DNA of 64,000 nucleotides from positions 34,046 to 98,045 of IMG/VR virus record IMGVR_UViG_3300046463_000247; one strand, given 5' to 3'. The stretch is from a virus. The position numbers and the translations under genes are program-made. Positions 9,700 to 19,780 of the stretch are shown piece by piece (within the stretch, counting starts at the first letter, position 1; each line of letters begins with the position of its first letter). The notes below the pieces were generated by a model. It worked only from the letters and a program-made list of their open reading frames with translations, had not been told where the DNA came from and ran no database searches.

Positions 9700-11091
9700 T
9701 TAGAAAACCGGGTCGCCATCATACGGGCTTTTGCCGGGCAAGTACGGAACGCCGCCGTAGTTGTCGGCGTTATTGAACTTGTTCGCACAGGTCAGGATCG
9801 TGCGGTCACAGCCCGCGTACACCTGGATCACCTGCCCGCCCTCGAAGCCGTCACTGAAGCCCAGCAGCGAGAGCTTGGTGCCCTGGTGCCAGTCGATGCC
9901 GCGCCGCTCGGGGACGCCCTGGGCGATCTGCCATTCCACGAACCCGCCGTCAAACCAGCCGTCCGGCAGGCGACCGACTTCGGGGCAGTCAAGCTGGCCC
10001 TGGGCCGCGAGGCCGATGGTTGCGGTGATCTTGTAGGTCGCCTTGTTCACCTTGCATGAGTTCTGGTCGTACAGCACGTGCGGGCACATGCGCGACCAGC
10101 ACAGCCGCAGCCCGTTGGCTTGGAAGCTGGAGCCGATGTTCTCGCACGAGATAACCAGCGACCCGGGCGTCGGGCGGTCCGCGCTCGTGATCGTGCCGAC
10201 GTACACGGCAATCGGGGCCTCCACACTGCCCCACTGCCAGCGCCTTACGCGAATCCAGACGTTGCCGCTCGGTGGGGTGCCGACGAACAGCGCCGCGATC
10301 TCGGTGTCGGCCTGCATCGTGACCTTCAGCGTGTCCGCGCCTGGGCCGCTGATCTTGATCCCGTCGTCGCTGATCTGGACCCCCTTGTAGGTGATCCCAT
10401 AGGTGACGTTCGGGTCCGGCTGGGTCTGGACCGCCAGCGTGACTTCGGTGTACGCGTAGGGGTCACCAGACGGCGTAAAGAGGGTGGCGTCCTGGCCCGC
10501 GTACCGCTCGGTGCCATTGCCCTCGCCCACGCCCGGCACGCCCACGAGGATGTAGGAACTGCGGTACTGGATCGCGTCGAGTGTGCTGCCCCGCGCGCCG
10601 CAGCGAATGAGGGCCGCGCGCAGTCCCGGGGTAAGGTTGGACTGGGGCTCGTCGCCCGTCCAGATGATCACCGTCACACCTGAGTCCAGATGGTTCAGGT
10701 CCGTGCCGAGGCGGTCGGCTTCCGTCGCGCCGGGCGTACCGGTCTGCACGTTGTCGTAGGCGTCCACGAAGACGAACTCGCCGTTCGGGTCGATATAGCC
10801 CATGTGCCATGAGCGGTGCTTCCAGCCCGCGTACTTCGCGCCGGACTGCGGGTCGTACACGCCCATGGCGTCTGCGAACGCGTTGTTGCCACCGTTCCAC
10901 GAGAAGCCCGCCGACACAATGCGGAGATTGACCGTCTTCGGGGTCGGGCGCGGGGGTCCGCCAATCGTGATGTCGCGGTCCGCCTGCGCATAGAACCACG
11001 TCTTGCCGTAGCGCATGAATTCGTATAGCTGGACCTCATAGGACTGGTGATTCGAGGTTTCGCTTGTGGAGTACTGATAGCCGCCTGCCAT
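9700..11091 (-). CDS. BR0599/DUF2163-family (gpL-like) tail hub protein with an inserted ILEI/GG-like domain
   Basis: C-terminal CPHVLYD..C and GCDRT..TC..KFNN..NYGG.PYLP; ~180 aa insertion containing DEP..NL...RSSYILVG. Confidence 0.75.
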   Translation of the reverse strand: MAGGYQYSTSETSNHQSYEVQLYEFMRYGKTWFYAQADRDITIGGPPRPTPKTVNLRIVSAGFSWNGGNNAFADAMGVYDPQSGAKYAGWKHRSWHMGYIDPNGEFVFVDAYDNVQTGTPGATEADRLGTDLNHLDSGVTVIIWTGDEPQSNLTPGLRAALIRCGARGSTLDAIQYRSSYILVGVPGVGEGNGTERYAGQDATLFTPSGDPYAYTEVTLAVQTQPDPNVTYGITYKGVQISDDGIKISGPGADTLKVTMQADTEIAALFVGTPPSGNVWIRVRRWQWGSVEAPIAVYVGTITSADRPTPGSLVISCENIGSSFQANGLRLCWSRMCPHVLYDQNSCKVNKATYKITATIGLAAQGQLDCPEVGRLPDGWFDGGFVEWQIAQGVPERRGIDWHQGTKLSLLGFSDGFEGGQVIQVYAGCDRTILTCANKFNNADNYGGVPYLPGKSPYDGDPVF

Positions 11092-11099
11092 GGGTCGCC

Positions 11100-12497
11100 T
11101 TATGGGTTGGGGAACATCGCGGGCATCAGGTTCGTGTCCCACAACCGGTCTGGCTGCGGCCATTCGGCCACATCCCGGATCGGCCACGGGCCATCGTTAC
11201 TTGCTGCCTGCTGGTTGCGGTTCTCGAACGTTTCCTTGAACGTGAGCACCACATCAGCTACGCCGTTCACATCCGTAATGTGTTCGATCTCAATCTGGTC
11301 CTGATCCAGACGCACGAGAACCAGGAGGCAAATCTTGCGGATTTCCTCAATCTGGTAGTCCTTGTCGAGCGTCGAATCGAGGGTGAGCCATTCTACAGAT
11401 TCCTCGGCGCGCGAAGCAATGACGCGGCGGTAAACGGGCGGTTTTCCGACGAAAAAGATTGCGATGTAGGTCGAGGTGCCCTGGTCGAAACCGTACTGCG
11501 TGTAGCCACACTTCTTCACGCAGATAGCCCCGTCCACGCGCATGAGCGGCTTCTGGAGCACGAAGTCTTCGTTCCACGACGGCACGTAGAACGGGTGCCG
11601 CGAGCCGCGCACGCCGTGCAGGAACATCAGCATCGCGTAGTAGTCGGCGACGCCGTACAGGGTGTAGCGGAACTGCAAGCTGGCCCGGCCATAGCGCGCG
11701 GTCGTGTATTCGAACGGCAGCGCCACCTGCTGATCCAGCTTGTCGAGCAGGTAGGTGTAGCCGTTGGTCTGGTCCTCGCGTTCATTGGGCGGGATCGCCA
11801 TCACCTCGAAGACGTTCAGCGAGTTCTGGAGAATCGCGGGCGGCACCACGGTCGGCTCCATCAGCCTGAAGCGCAGTTGCGCCCTCGAAATGGTGGACGT
11901 GGTGCGGGTGATCTGCGGGTCGGTGTCGAGTCGTGCGACCTTGAGCGGGAACACGCGGGTGCCAGCAGGCCACGACCGGGCGTTCGGGCTGATCGTCCAC
12001 GGCCCGGGGATGTTGCCCTCGTAGCCGCCGATGCGCACGAGTTCGAAGTCCGTCAGGTAGTTGCCCAGAATCAGCATCATCGTGCCGGGCATCACGTCCG
12101 GCCACGCCCCCACCCCGACATTCATCGTCGTGCTGGCCGGTCGCAGCGACTCCACCAAGTTCAGCCCCTCGTGCCACATGGGCAGCAGCCAGTCAGATTC
12201 GTGCGCACGCTGAAGCGACAGGTCCATCGCCACGCGGTACTCGTCGTAGACCAGGTATTCGGCTTCGAGCATGCGACGCGGCGCAAGCCGTTTGGCGTTG
12301 CGCTGTTCGGCCCCGATGGGGTTGTCCAGGATGTCCGTCAGGAACTGGTACGTCTCGGTGACGCTGTTATCCCAGTTGGGCGGCACCAGCCATACCGGCA
12401 GGTTGGCGACCGCCGCGAACGACGGGATGGGCGGGATTTCCCCGCTCCACGCGTCCTGTGGGTAAGGCTGTACGTCACTCCATGTTTGCCACGTCAT
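11100..12497 (-). CDS. Distal tail / tail assembly protein
   Basis: PNW...VTE.Y.FLTDIL...GAEQR..R..PRR motif; immediately follows the tape measure gene. Confidence 0.65.
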   Translation of the reverse strand: MTWQTWSDVQPYPQDAWSGEIPPIPSFAAVANLPVWLVPPNWDNSVTETYQFLTDILDNPIGAEQRNAKRLAPRRMLEAEYLVYDEYRVAMDLSLQRAHESDWLLPMWHEGLNLVESLRPASTTMNVGVGAWPDVMPGTMMLILGNYLTDFELVRIGGYEGNIPGPWTISPNARSWPAGTRVFPLKVARLDTDPQITRTTSTISRAQLRFRLMEPTVVPPAILQNSLNVFEVMAIPPNEREDQTNGYTYLLDKLDQQVALPFEYTTARYGRASLQFRYTLYGVADYYAMLMFLHGVRGSRHPFYVPSWNEDFVLQKPLMRVDGAICVKKCGYTQYGFDQGTSTYIAIFFVGKPPVYRRVIASRAEESVEWLTLDSTLDKDYQIEEIRKICLLVLVRLDQDQIEIEHITDVNGVADVVLTFKETFENRNQQAASNDGPWPIRDVAEWPQPDRLWDTNLMPAMFPNP

Positions 12498-15400
12498 TAC
12501 TTGATCCCCAGCATGGTTTTCAGCGTCGGCACGTCGCGTTGCAGGTGCATGAATACGATGTCCTTGCCGTCAGAGCCCGACATCGCCTGCGGCACGCGCT
12601 TGCGCTCGTCCACCAGCACGAAGCGGGACCCGCCATCGCCCTTGCCACCCTTCGGTGCGCCGCCGCCCGCGTCCGTGCCTTTTGCAATTGATTGCAAACC
12701 GGAAGGCATGCCACCGTCCGCGAATTTGTTGATCGAAGACGACATGCGGTTCCTGATCGAGCCCGTCTGGCCGGAATTTAGCGCATAAAGCAGCGGCAGG
12801 TGTTCCTTCGTCGCCTTCTCGTTGACGATAAACTCGTTGTTCGCGACCATCGCCGGGATGCTGTCCGACCGGCCCGTTCCGGGTCCGCTAATCAGGCCGT
12901 GGTTGAGCCGCTTGAAGTCGTCCATGCCGAAGCCGTCCGCGAACTTGCGCACCGGCACGACGCCGCGACGACCCTGTGACGGCAGGCCACCATCGGCGAG
13001 CATCATCATCGCCATCATCGCCATCTGGCCGATCATCTGCCCCCACTGCGCGCCCTGCTTGCCGCCAATTGCCCCACCAATCGCGCCCCCGGCCATGCCG
13101 CCCATCGAGCCCGCCATACCGCCGCCACCGCCAGCCCCACCGTCCGAAAACATGCTGTTGATGCTGTCGAACATCCCGCCCAAGCTGTCCTGCGTCTGGC
13201 CCAGCACACCGCTCAGGCCGGTCGTCAGCGCGTTGCCCATCGAGTCAATCCCGAACCCGCCGTTCGACGCGGTGTTGCCGAGGTCGGTGAACGTCGTATT
13301 CAGGCCGGTTTCGAGGCTGCTCTGGAACGTCGAGAAGCCGTCACCGCCGCCCAGCCCGAACAGCGCGGAGCCGCCCGTGGAGGTCGAGCTATCGAGGTTG
13401 CCGCCGCCCGCGTCGAAGCCGTAGTCATTGCTCGCGGTGTTCCCCATGTTGAACAGGGAGCCAAGGCCCATCGCAGCCCCGCCACGCTTGCCGAAGTTGC
13501 CCATGAGGGTGTTGACAGCCCCCATCAGTCCCGGACCGCCCTGCGTGCTGCCGTTGGTCGTGAAGGTCTGCTTGGTCGCGTCCGCCGAGCGCACCCACAT
13601 CGCGTTGCTCGCGTCCTCACCCAGTTGCCTGCCGCTCTTGCCGCCCAGCCCTTCAGCCAGCTTGTCGAAGATCGAATTGCCCTCGCCGCCCGTCTGATCC
13701 ACGATCCACGAGGTGATCTTCTGCGACAGGTCCTTGGCGATAACCTGGTTGATCGAGTTGACGAAGCTCAGCGCCGCGCCCCGGAAAGCCTCACCAATCG
13801 ACTTCGAGTGCGACATCACGTCGTAGATGCCCTGCGTCAGCGCCTCGGAGAAGTTCGTGCGGATCGAATCGCCCAGCGTGTGGTAGGCCGACGCAAGCTG
13901 GAGAATCTGGTTCTGGTACGAAGCGGCCTTGGTGCGCGCGTCGTCGTACTCCTTCTCCATGCCCAGCGCCTTGTACTGCTCGGCCTGCTCCTGCTCAACC
14001 GCCATCAGCTTGCGGACGTTCTCGATCTCGGCGGTGATCAGTGCGTTGTCGGCGTTGGCGGCACTGATGTCCGTCAGCGCGCCGCGCGAGTTCGCGAGCG
14101 CCACCTGGGCGCGGGCGTTCTCCAGCAGGGTCGCTTGCAGGTTGCCCTGGCGCGTCGTGGCGTCGTTCAGTTGCTGCATCGCCAGCACGTCGGCCTTGCG
14201 TGCGTATTCGGCGTCCAGCAGTTCCTTCGCGCCCTTCACGCTGTCCAGCTTCTTGTGCAGGTCCTCGTACTGCTGCGCGAGCGCGGCCTGAGACCCGGCC
14301 AGCTTCTGGTCGGTCTCCTGCATCGCCTGGAACTTGACGTTGGCGACTTCCTTGTCCAGCGCTTCCTGCTCCTGCGCGCGGGCAATCGCTTCACGCGACT
14401 CGTCGGCTGCGGCCTGGGCGTTGATCTGCTTGATATGGTCGCGCTGCGCCTGAATCTGGTTGTCGATGCCGACGCGCTCGCTGCCGGTCTTGGCCGCACC
14501 CTTGTCGATCTGGAGCGCCTTGATCTGCGCATTCGCCACCGCGACTTCCTGCGCGGCGTTCGCCTTGATCACCTCGGCACGCTTGTTGTAATACGTGTCG
14601 AGGTTCACCAGACCCTGCTGGTAGCCATACTGGTCCGCATCGAGCGCCGCCTGGTTGGCGATCTTCGTCAGCGCGGCGGTGTTCTGCGCGGCCTCCACAA
14701 TCGCCTGCGCGCGAGCCTTGGCAATCGCCCGGCCTTCGTTCAGTGCGGACTCGCCGCCCGCCTTCAGTGCGGCCTGCGCTTCCTTCTCGTGCTGCTTGGC
14801 CTGCCCCATCGCGCCATTCAGCGACGACGTGATGTCCACGCCCGCCGTCTGGGCCATCGCCTTCAGGGCCTCGCCAGCCGCCTGGAATTTCTTCAGTTCC
14901 TCTGGCGACGACACGGTGTCGGCCAGCTTCTCGAACTCCAGCAGCATCGCGTTCAGCAGCGTCTTCGACTGGGCCGAGCCGTCCTTGACGAACGCCTGCG
15001 CGGAGACAATCACGTCCGCCGCCTCGGAGAACTTCTGGGCGATGCCGGTGGTGGCCTGCGACACGTCGATGCCTGCCGCCTGCGCGGCCTCAGCGAAGTT
15101 CTGCCATGCCTTGCTGGCCTCAACCATCGCCTTGGTCTGCGCAGCGGAGCCATCCAGAATCACCTGAATCTGCTTGCGCTGGGCGTCCGACAGGTCGGCG
15201 TTCATCAGGGAGTCGCGCTGCTCCTTGATCGAAGCGTTGGTGTCCTTGATCTGCTTCTGGAGGTCAGCCTGTTGCTGCTTGAGCGTCAGCACGTCCGACG
15301 CCGCCGACGAGCGCGCCTGCGGGGTGGCCTTCTCGTCGTTGGCGATCAGGTTCTTGTCGCTGATCTGGCGCGCGAGGTCCAGGTTCTGCTTCTGCTGGGC

Positions 15401-16996
15401 GGCGAGGTCGGTGTACTTCTGCTTCAGCGTGTCAATCGCCTTCTGCACGTCGCCCGTGGACTTAGCGGTCTTGTCCGCGCCATCGGACGACGACAGCCAC
15501 GCACCCAGCGCCACCGCGCCGAGCGCCGTGAGGGCCGTCACGATCAGGCCGATAGGACCGGCGAGCGCACCCATCGCCACCTCGGTCACGATAGCGCCCG
15601 TGCGCAGCGCCTTGAGCACCGTCACCGCGCCGCTGATGCCTTCCACGAAGAGCGGCAGGAGCGACGTGATCTTCGAAATGATCGTCAGGCCCGCGTACGC
15701 GATAGCCACGTCGCGCAGCACCGTCCCGGTCTCCACCAGCACGTCCTTGTGGTCCTTGAACCACTGGATAGCCTGAACGATCAGCGCAGAGGTCTGGTGG
15801 ATCGCGTCGGCGAGCCCACGGAAAGACTGGTCGGTGCGGTCGGCAGCGGTGCCGAACAGGTCAGCGTTCTTGCCGGTCGTCTGGAACGAGGCGGCGAGGT
15901 CGTTGAGCGACGACAGGATGTCGATTGCGCCCTTCACCAGTTCCGAGTAGACCGGCAGCAGTTCCTGGCCGAGCGAGTTCTTGAGCGTCTCGATATAGCG
16001 CGGCAGGGACGTAAGCTGCTTGCCCACGTCACCCATCGACGCTTCATAGGTGCCCTGAATTGTGACGGCCTGCGCGAGCACCGCATTGGCGAATGCCTGC
16101 TTCTGCTGGTTGGCGTCGAGCGCGTGACCCACCACTTCCGTGGCGTGCTGGATCGCGGACTGGCGGTCGATCACAATGCCCATCCACCGCAGACCCACCG
16201 TGTCCATCTGGTTGATGTTCGTGATCAGGCGCGAGAACGTCTCGGACGAGTTCCACCCGGCGATCACGGCCAGGTCCTGCGACGCGCGGGCGAGCGGCGC
16301 GGCGAGGTTGATGTTCAGTCCGGCAGAGATAAGCTGGGCCAGCGACTCGCGCGAGGCCGCAGCCGTGATGCCCATCTTCTGCACTTCCTTGTCGGCAGCG
16401 GTGATCTGCTGCGACGTGTAGCCCGCGTTCTTGCCCACCGTGTCCAGCACGGTTGCCAGCACCTGCGTGCGCGCAGCGGTGTCGGCGAGGTCCTTCAGGA
16501 ACGAAATGGCTTCAAAGGCGAGGAAGCCCCCGGCTGCGAACTTAAGCGCCTTCGTCAGGCCCTCCACGGACCCAATGAGTACGTCCACGCCTTCCTTCGA
16601 CTTGCGCGCGTCGTCGCCCGGCTTCCGCAGACCGCCGCCCTGCCCCGCCTCATTGGCGTTCTTCGCGAGGTCTGCCAGCGCCTTCGACGCCGTGCCCACA
16701 TCGGTGATCAGCGCGCGGGTCGCGTCGTCCAGTTCGCCGAACGCGGTGGCCGTGCCCTTGCCTGCCGTGGCTGCGGTGGCATTGAGTTCCTTCATCGCCG
16801 CGCCGACCGCCTTCGTGTCGGTGGCGAGGTTGTTCGCTTCCTTGGCAGCAGTAACGAACTGGGCGGCAGCAGAACCAAGGTCTGAACTCGTCAGCGCGGC
16901 GAGTACCGACTTGAGGTCGTTCTGAATCTGCTGGAGCGCGCCAGCGGTCTCGTTCGCTACGGAGATTAGAATCTTCAGTTCTGCTTGACCGGCCAT
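12497..16996 (-). CDS. Tape measure protein
   Basis: 1499 aa Ala/Gln-rich helical protein; C-terminal FADGG / GPGTGRSDSIPA...EFIVN; follows tail chaperones. Confidence 0.92.
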   Translation of the reverse strand: MAGQAELKILISVANETAGALQQIQNDLKSVLAALTSSDLGSAAAQFVTAAKEANNLATDTKAVGAAMKELNATAATAGKGTATAFGELDDATRALITDVGTASKALADLAKNANEAGQGGGLRKPGDDARKSKEGVDVLIGSVEGLTKALKFAAGGFLAFEAISFLKDLADTAARTQVLATVLDTVGKNAGYTSQQITAADKEVQKMGITAAASRESLAQLISAGLNINLAAPLARASQDLAVIAGWNSSETFSRLITNINQMDTVGLRWMGIVIDRQSAIQHATEVVGHALDANQQKQAFANAVLAQAVTIQGTYEASMGDVGKQLTSLPRYIETLKNSLGQELLPVYSELVKGAIDILSSLNDLAASFQTTGKNADLFGTAADRTDQSFRGLADAIHQTSALIVQAIQWFKDHKDVLVETGTVLRDVAIAYAGLTIISKITSLLPLFVEGISGAVTVLKALRTGAIVTEVAMGALAGPIGLIVTALTALGAVALGAWLSSSDGADKTAKSTGDVQKAIDTLKQKYTDLAAQQKQNLDLARQISDKNLIANDEKATPQARSSAASDVLTLKQQQADLQKQIKDTNASIKEQRDSLMNADLSDAQRKQIQVILDGSAAQTKAMVEASKAWQNFAEAAQAAGIDVSQATTGIAQKFSEAADVIVSAQAFVKDGSAQSKTLLNAMLLEFEKLADTVSSPEELKKFQAAGEALKAMAQTAGVDITSSLNGAMGQAKQHEKEAQAALKAGGESALNEGRAIAKARAQAIVEAAQNTAALTKIANQAALDADQYGYQQGLVNLDTYYNKRAEVIKANAAQEVAVANAQIKALQIDKGAAKTGSERVGIDNQIQAQRDHIKQINAQAAADESREAIARAQEQEALDKEVANVKFQAMQETDQKLAGSQAALAQQYEDLHKKLDSVKGAKELLDAEYARKADVLAMQQLNDATTRQGNLQATLLENARAQVALANSRGALTDISAANADNALITAEIENVRKLMAVEQEQAEQYKALGMEKEYDDARTKAASYQNQILQLASAYHTLGDSIRTNFSEALTQGIYDVMSHSKSIGEAFRGAALSFVNSINQVIAKDLSQKITSWIVDQTGGEGNSIFDKLAEGLGGKSGRQLGEDASNAMWVRSADATKQTFTTNGSTQGGPGLMGAVNTLMGNFGKRGGAAMGLGSLFNMGNTASNDYGFDAGGGNLDSSTSTGGSALFGLGGGDGFSTFQSSLETGLNTTFTDLGNTASNGGFGIDSMGNALTTGLSGVLGQTQDSLGGMFDSINSMFSDGGAGGGGGMAGSMGGMAGGAIGGAIGGKQGAQWGQMIGQMAMMAMMMLADGGLPSQGRRGVVPVRKFADGFGMDDFKRLNHGLISGPGTGRSDSIPAMVANNEFIVNEKATKEHLPLLYALNSGQTGSIRNRMSSSINKFADGGMPSGLQSIAKGTDAGGGAPKGGKGDGGSRFVLVDERKRVPQAMSGSDGKDIVFMHLQRDVPTLKTMLGIK

Positions 16997-16997
16997 G

Positions 16998-17378
16998 TTA
17001 TTCCTTCAGTAATTCATTCAGGGTTTTCACGAAATCCTTGCCTTCCTGCGTGTGCGCCACCGACCGGTCTATCGTCGCCTGGGTCGCCATCCACGCCTTG
17101 CGGCGCGCGAACGCGGCTTTCACGAGGTGATCAATCGTGCGCAGCGAGTAGCCCCAGATGTCCTGCAACCGGTGCCCCTCACTGGCAAGGAATTCAACAC
17201 TTTCGACCCATGAGTCCGACAGTTCCTCTACGCGGAGAGCAACGGCTCGGTCGATGGCGTCAACGGTGCTGCTTCCTGAGTTGCTGCCTGCGGCTGCTGC
17301 TCGATCCTGGCGCTGGCGTTCTTGCCAAGCTGCCGCAGCGCCGCCGTCGCCTCGGACAACAACTCTTGGAGCTTTTTT
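16998..17378 (-). CDS. Tail assembly chaperone frameshift extension (gpT-like part of gpGT)
   Basis: Open -1 frame entered at the A_AAA_AAG slippery site; ends 2 nt before the tape measure start. Confidence 0.7.
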   Translation of the reverse strand, partial: KKAPRVVVRGDGGAAAAWQERQRQDRAAAAGSNSGSSTVDAIDRAVALRVEELSDSWVESVEFLASEGHRLQDIWGYSLRTIDHLVKAAFARRKAWMATQATIDRSVAHTQEGKDFVKTLNELLKE

Positions 17379-17704
17379 GCGTCGGGCACCGACAGCTTGT
17401 AAATCTTCTGGATTGCAATCAATTGCACGGTGCCGGGCAGGCGCTTGATCACGTCGAGATCGTCTTCCGCGTCGGTTCCCATCTTGATCACCTGTGCGAT
17501 GAAGTCCGGCGCGGCCAGCAGGAACTGCGTGTAGTTCGGCTCCTTCTTCTGCGCTTCGGCGTACAGCGAGACGAACGCGTGCTGGTGGTTCATCATCAGT
17601 TCGACAATCTGCAACAGGGACAGTGGGTGCAGGTCGAGCGGGACGCCGGGTGCAACTTCGACCGTCTCGGGTTTGGCGAGCAGGTCGGCAATCTTGATAC
17701 CCAT
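17228..17704 (-). CDS. Tail assembly chaperone (gpG-like)
   Basis: Between the tail tube and tape measure genes; strong SD; contains the slippery heptamer. Confidence 0.8.
   Translation of the reverse strand: MGIKIADLLAKPETVEVAPGVPLDLHPLSLLQIVELMMNHQHAFVSLYAEAQKKEPNYTQFLLAAPDFIAQVIKMGTDAEDDLDVIKRLPGTVQLIAIQKIYKLSVPDAKKLQELLSEATAALRQLGKNASARIEQQPQAATQEAAPLTPSTEPLLSA
17372..17378 (-). other. -1 programmed ribosomal frameshift site A AAA AAG
   Basis: Codons GCA AAA AAG in the gpG frame; a -1 shift reads KKAPRV... into the ORF ending at 16998. Confidence 0.75.
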
Positions 17705-17737
17705 GAGGTTTCACTCCTTGAACTGGGTCTATAAATG

Positions 17738-17762
17738 AAAAAGGGCGGGCCTAAGCCCACCC
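17738..17762 (-). terminator. Rho-independent terminator after the tail tube gene
   Basis: GGGTGGGC-TTAG-GCCCGCCC-TTTTT on the minus strand. Confidence 0.7.
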
Positions 17763-17801
17763 GGATACTACGCTTCCTAACGGGAAACTACAGCTTTTCG
17801 C

Positions 17802-18836
17802 TTACGCTTGAGCCAGCAGCTTGCGCACCGTGAAGAAGCGCGAGCCCACCGCGCGCATCGGGTCCGACAGCACCGAACCTTCGAGCGTGATCTGGCCGAA
17901 CGTATCGCTGATCAGCGACAGTTCCTTCAGCGGGTCCGTCGAGAACTTGAAGATTTCCACGACGACCGGGCTGTTGCCTTCGGCGGTGTTGAGACCTTCG
18001 AAGCGCAGATAGACTTCTGCCTGAGCCTGCGTCAGCGAATCGGTCAGCGTCTGGTCCACGAAGTCGTAGTCCACCGTCAGTTCCATGCCGTCGAACACGG
18101 CCTTCGGCGTGGCCGTCGCGGTGATGACCTTGCCCGTGGTGTCGAGTCCGATGGTCAGGTCCGCACCCGTGGACGACAGCACCGTGAACGTCTTGTTGTT
18201 CAGCACCGCAGCGTCCGCGCCGTCGAAGCCGTAGAACGACGCCTGGTCACCCGTGCTCAACGTGTTCGGCACCGTGATCTTGGTCGTGGCACCGACCGTG
18301 ACGCCCGTCACCGCGACGCCCAGCGTGTCCAGCGGCGTGATTGAACCGTCGTTGATCTTGATCGAGCCCGCGTCGAGATTGACCGCGTAGTCGTACGGCG
18401 TCGCGTCGTCCGTGTAGGGCGTCAGCGGGTTTGCGCCCTGGTTCACGATGACGTTCGACACGCCAATGTTCGCCAGTGCGGAGATCGCGCCCGTGTAGCC
18501 GATGATCGGCTCTGCCGTGACCTTGCCGCCGACGAGCGTCTTGGACTCGCCGCGCATTGCGACAGCCATGTTCTCCGGCGACCAGTTTTCCAGCGTGGCC
18601 GACAGGGTAACCTTGGTGTCGGTCGAGAGACGCTTGTCCGTCGCGCGCTGGCCCGAGTGCGATTCCTTGTGCTCGACCACGGTCGTCGCGACGCTGATCT
18701 TCAGGTCCGGCACGTTGCCGACTGCCCGCAGACCACGCGGCTTGCCCGTGACGGCATCGCGGACGCCCAGCATCAGGACGCCCTGACCCGAGTAGTAATG
18801 GTCCTTCGTGTCCCACTTACGATTTACTTCGCTCAT
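17802..18836 (-). CDS. Major tail tube protein (with a probable internal accessory beta domain)
   Basis: YYSGQG...VGNVPDL.I...EHKESHSG.R..D motif; LRFEGLN; position before chaperones. Confidence 0.85.
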   Translation of the reverse strand: MSEVNRKWDTKDHYYSGQGVLMLGVRDAVTGKPRGLRAVGNVPDLKISVATTVVEHKESHSGQRATDKRLSTDTKVTLSATLENWSPENMAVAMRGESKTLVGGKVTAEPIIGYTGAISALANIGVSNVIVNQGANPLTPYTDDATPYDYAVNLDAGSIKINDGSITPLDTLGVAVTGVTVGATTKITVPNTLSTGDQASFYGFDGADAAVLNNKTFTVLSSTGADLTIGLDTTGKVITATATPKAVFDGMELTVDYDFVDQTLTDSLTQAQAEVYLRFEGLNTAEGNSPVVVEIFKFSTDPLKELSLISDTFGQITLEGSVLSDPMRAVGSRFFTVRKLLAQA

Positions 18837-18907
18837 AAAAGCTCTCCTTTTCCCGGGAAATGTTACGAGCCGAAGTGTATCGGCCCGGGGTGCACCTAAC
18901 AAAAGAA

Positions 18908-19342
18908 TCAGACCAGTTGAACCGGCACGGACCACCGTTGCAGGTACAGGAGCACCGTGTCTTTCTTAGCCGCCTGGGCTTCCACCAGGAACTTCCAGTG
19001 CGCCGCCACCGGGGAGCGGCCCTCGCGCATCGCGGCGCGTACGTCGTCCAGCAGGGCAATCGCGGACGCCTTGTTGTTGTGCCCGGCAAGCTGTTCGATC
19101 TTCGTCATGATCACGAGACCGAACACCGCTTCGCACGAGATACCGCGCTGCTCCTTCGTGTCCACCGACCGCATGCCCTCGTACAGGTAGCAGACCTGCG
19201 GAAACGACGTGCCCTTGATCTTGTTCAGCGCTTCGTCGTCATCGAGCACGAACAGCACGCGCCCCTTCAGAATTGCAATTGATTGCAAACGGGCGTCGAT
19301 GTCGTCCAGGCACTTCTGGACCAGGTTCTCATTCACTCTCAT
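18908..19342 (-). CDS. Putative tail terminator
   Basis: 144 aa, upstream of the tail tube; pattern resembles Mu gp37-like terminators. Confidence 0.55.
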   Translation of the reverse strand: MRVNENLVQKCLDDIDARLQSIAILKGRVLFVLDDDEALNKIKGTSFPQVCYLYEGMRSVDTKEQRGISCEAVFGLVIMTKIEQLAGHNNKASAIALLDDVRAAMREGRSPVAAHWKFLVEAQAAKKDTVLLYLQRWSVPVQLV

Positions 19343-19779
19343 GTCAAAGCCTTCAGGATTCGCATCATTACGAGTTGTTCGGCAAGGTTTATGTCGTCCC
19401 GCCCGATGCCCAGAAACTCGCGCTGCGGGGTCCGGCCCGTACCGAAGTTATGGTAGGGGCCATAGGGCACGTTGGAGCCGATCTCGCGCGCATTCGGGCC
19501 TGCTGCGAACAGTTGCAGCGAACGGAACAGATTGCCGGTGTCGTAGAGCGTGCCGCCGCCCCGGCCTGTCTTCGCGCGGGTGAGCGCGGCGAGGCTGGGT
19601 TTCCACGGCTGGTTGCTTGAATCGACCTGCTGGAGAAAGCGGGTGCGGATACGGTTGAAGATCAGCGCGCCCGCCTCGTCGGCGATCAGCGTCGGGTTGA
19701 TCGCGGTATTGAGCGCGGCGATCCGGGCCTCGACTTCAGGCAGGCCCTGTACCCGGATATTCAGCAGCGGGCCTGCCAT
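19339..19779 (-). CDS. Phage virion morphogenesis / tail completion protein
   Basis: RF....P W.P...L.DTG.L..S...IGSNVPY...HNFG...PQREFLGI motif. Confidence 0.8.
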   Translation of the reverse strand: MAGPLLNIRVQGLPEVEARIAALNTAINPTLIADEAGALIFNRIRTRFLQQVDSSNQPWKPSLAALTRAKTGRGGGTLYDTGNLFRSLQLFAAGPNAREIGSNVPYGPYHNFGTGRTPQREFLGIGRDDINLAEQLVMMRILKALT

Positions 19780-19780
19780 G

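Noticed and set aside
13625-16885. 1086-aa plus-strand ORF (similarly 11064..12788, 26177..27976, 35621..37924, 55892..57610)
   Set aside because: Antisense shadows of GC-rich minus-strand genes: Arg/Gly/Val-rich, no recognisable motifs, no SD or promoter.
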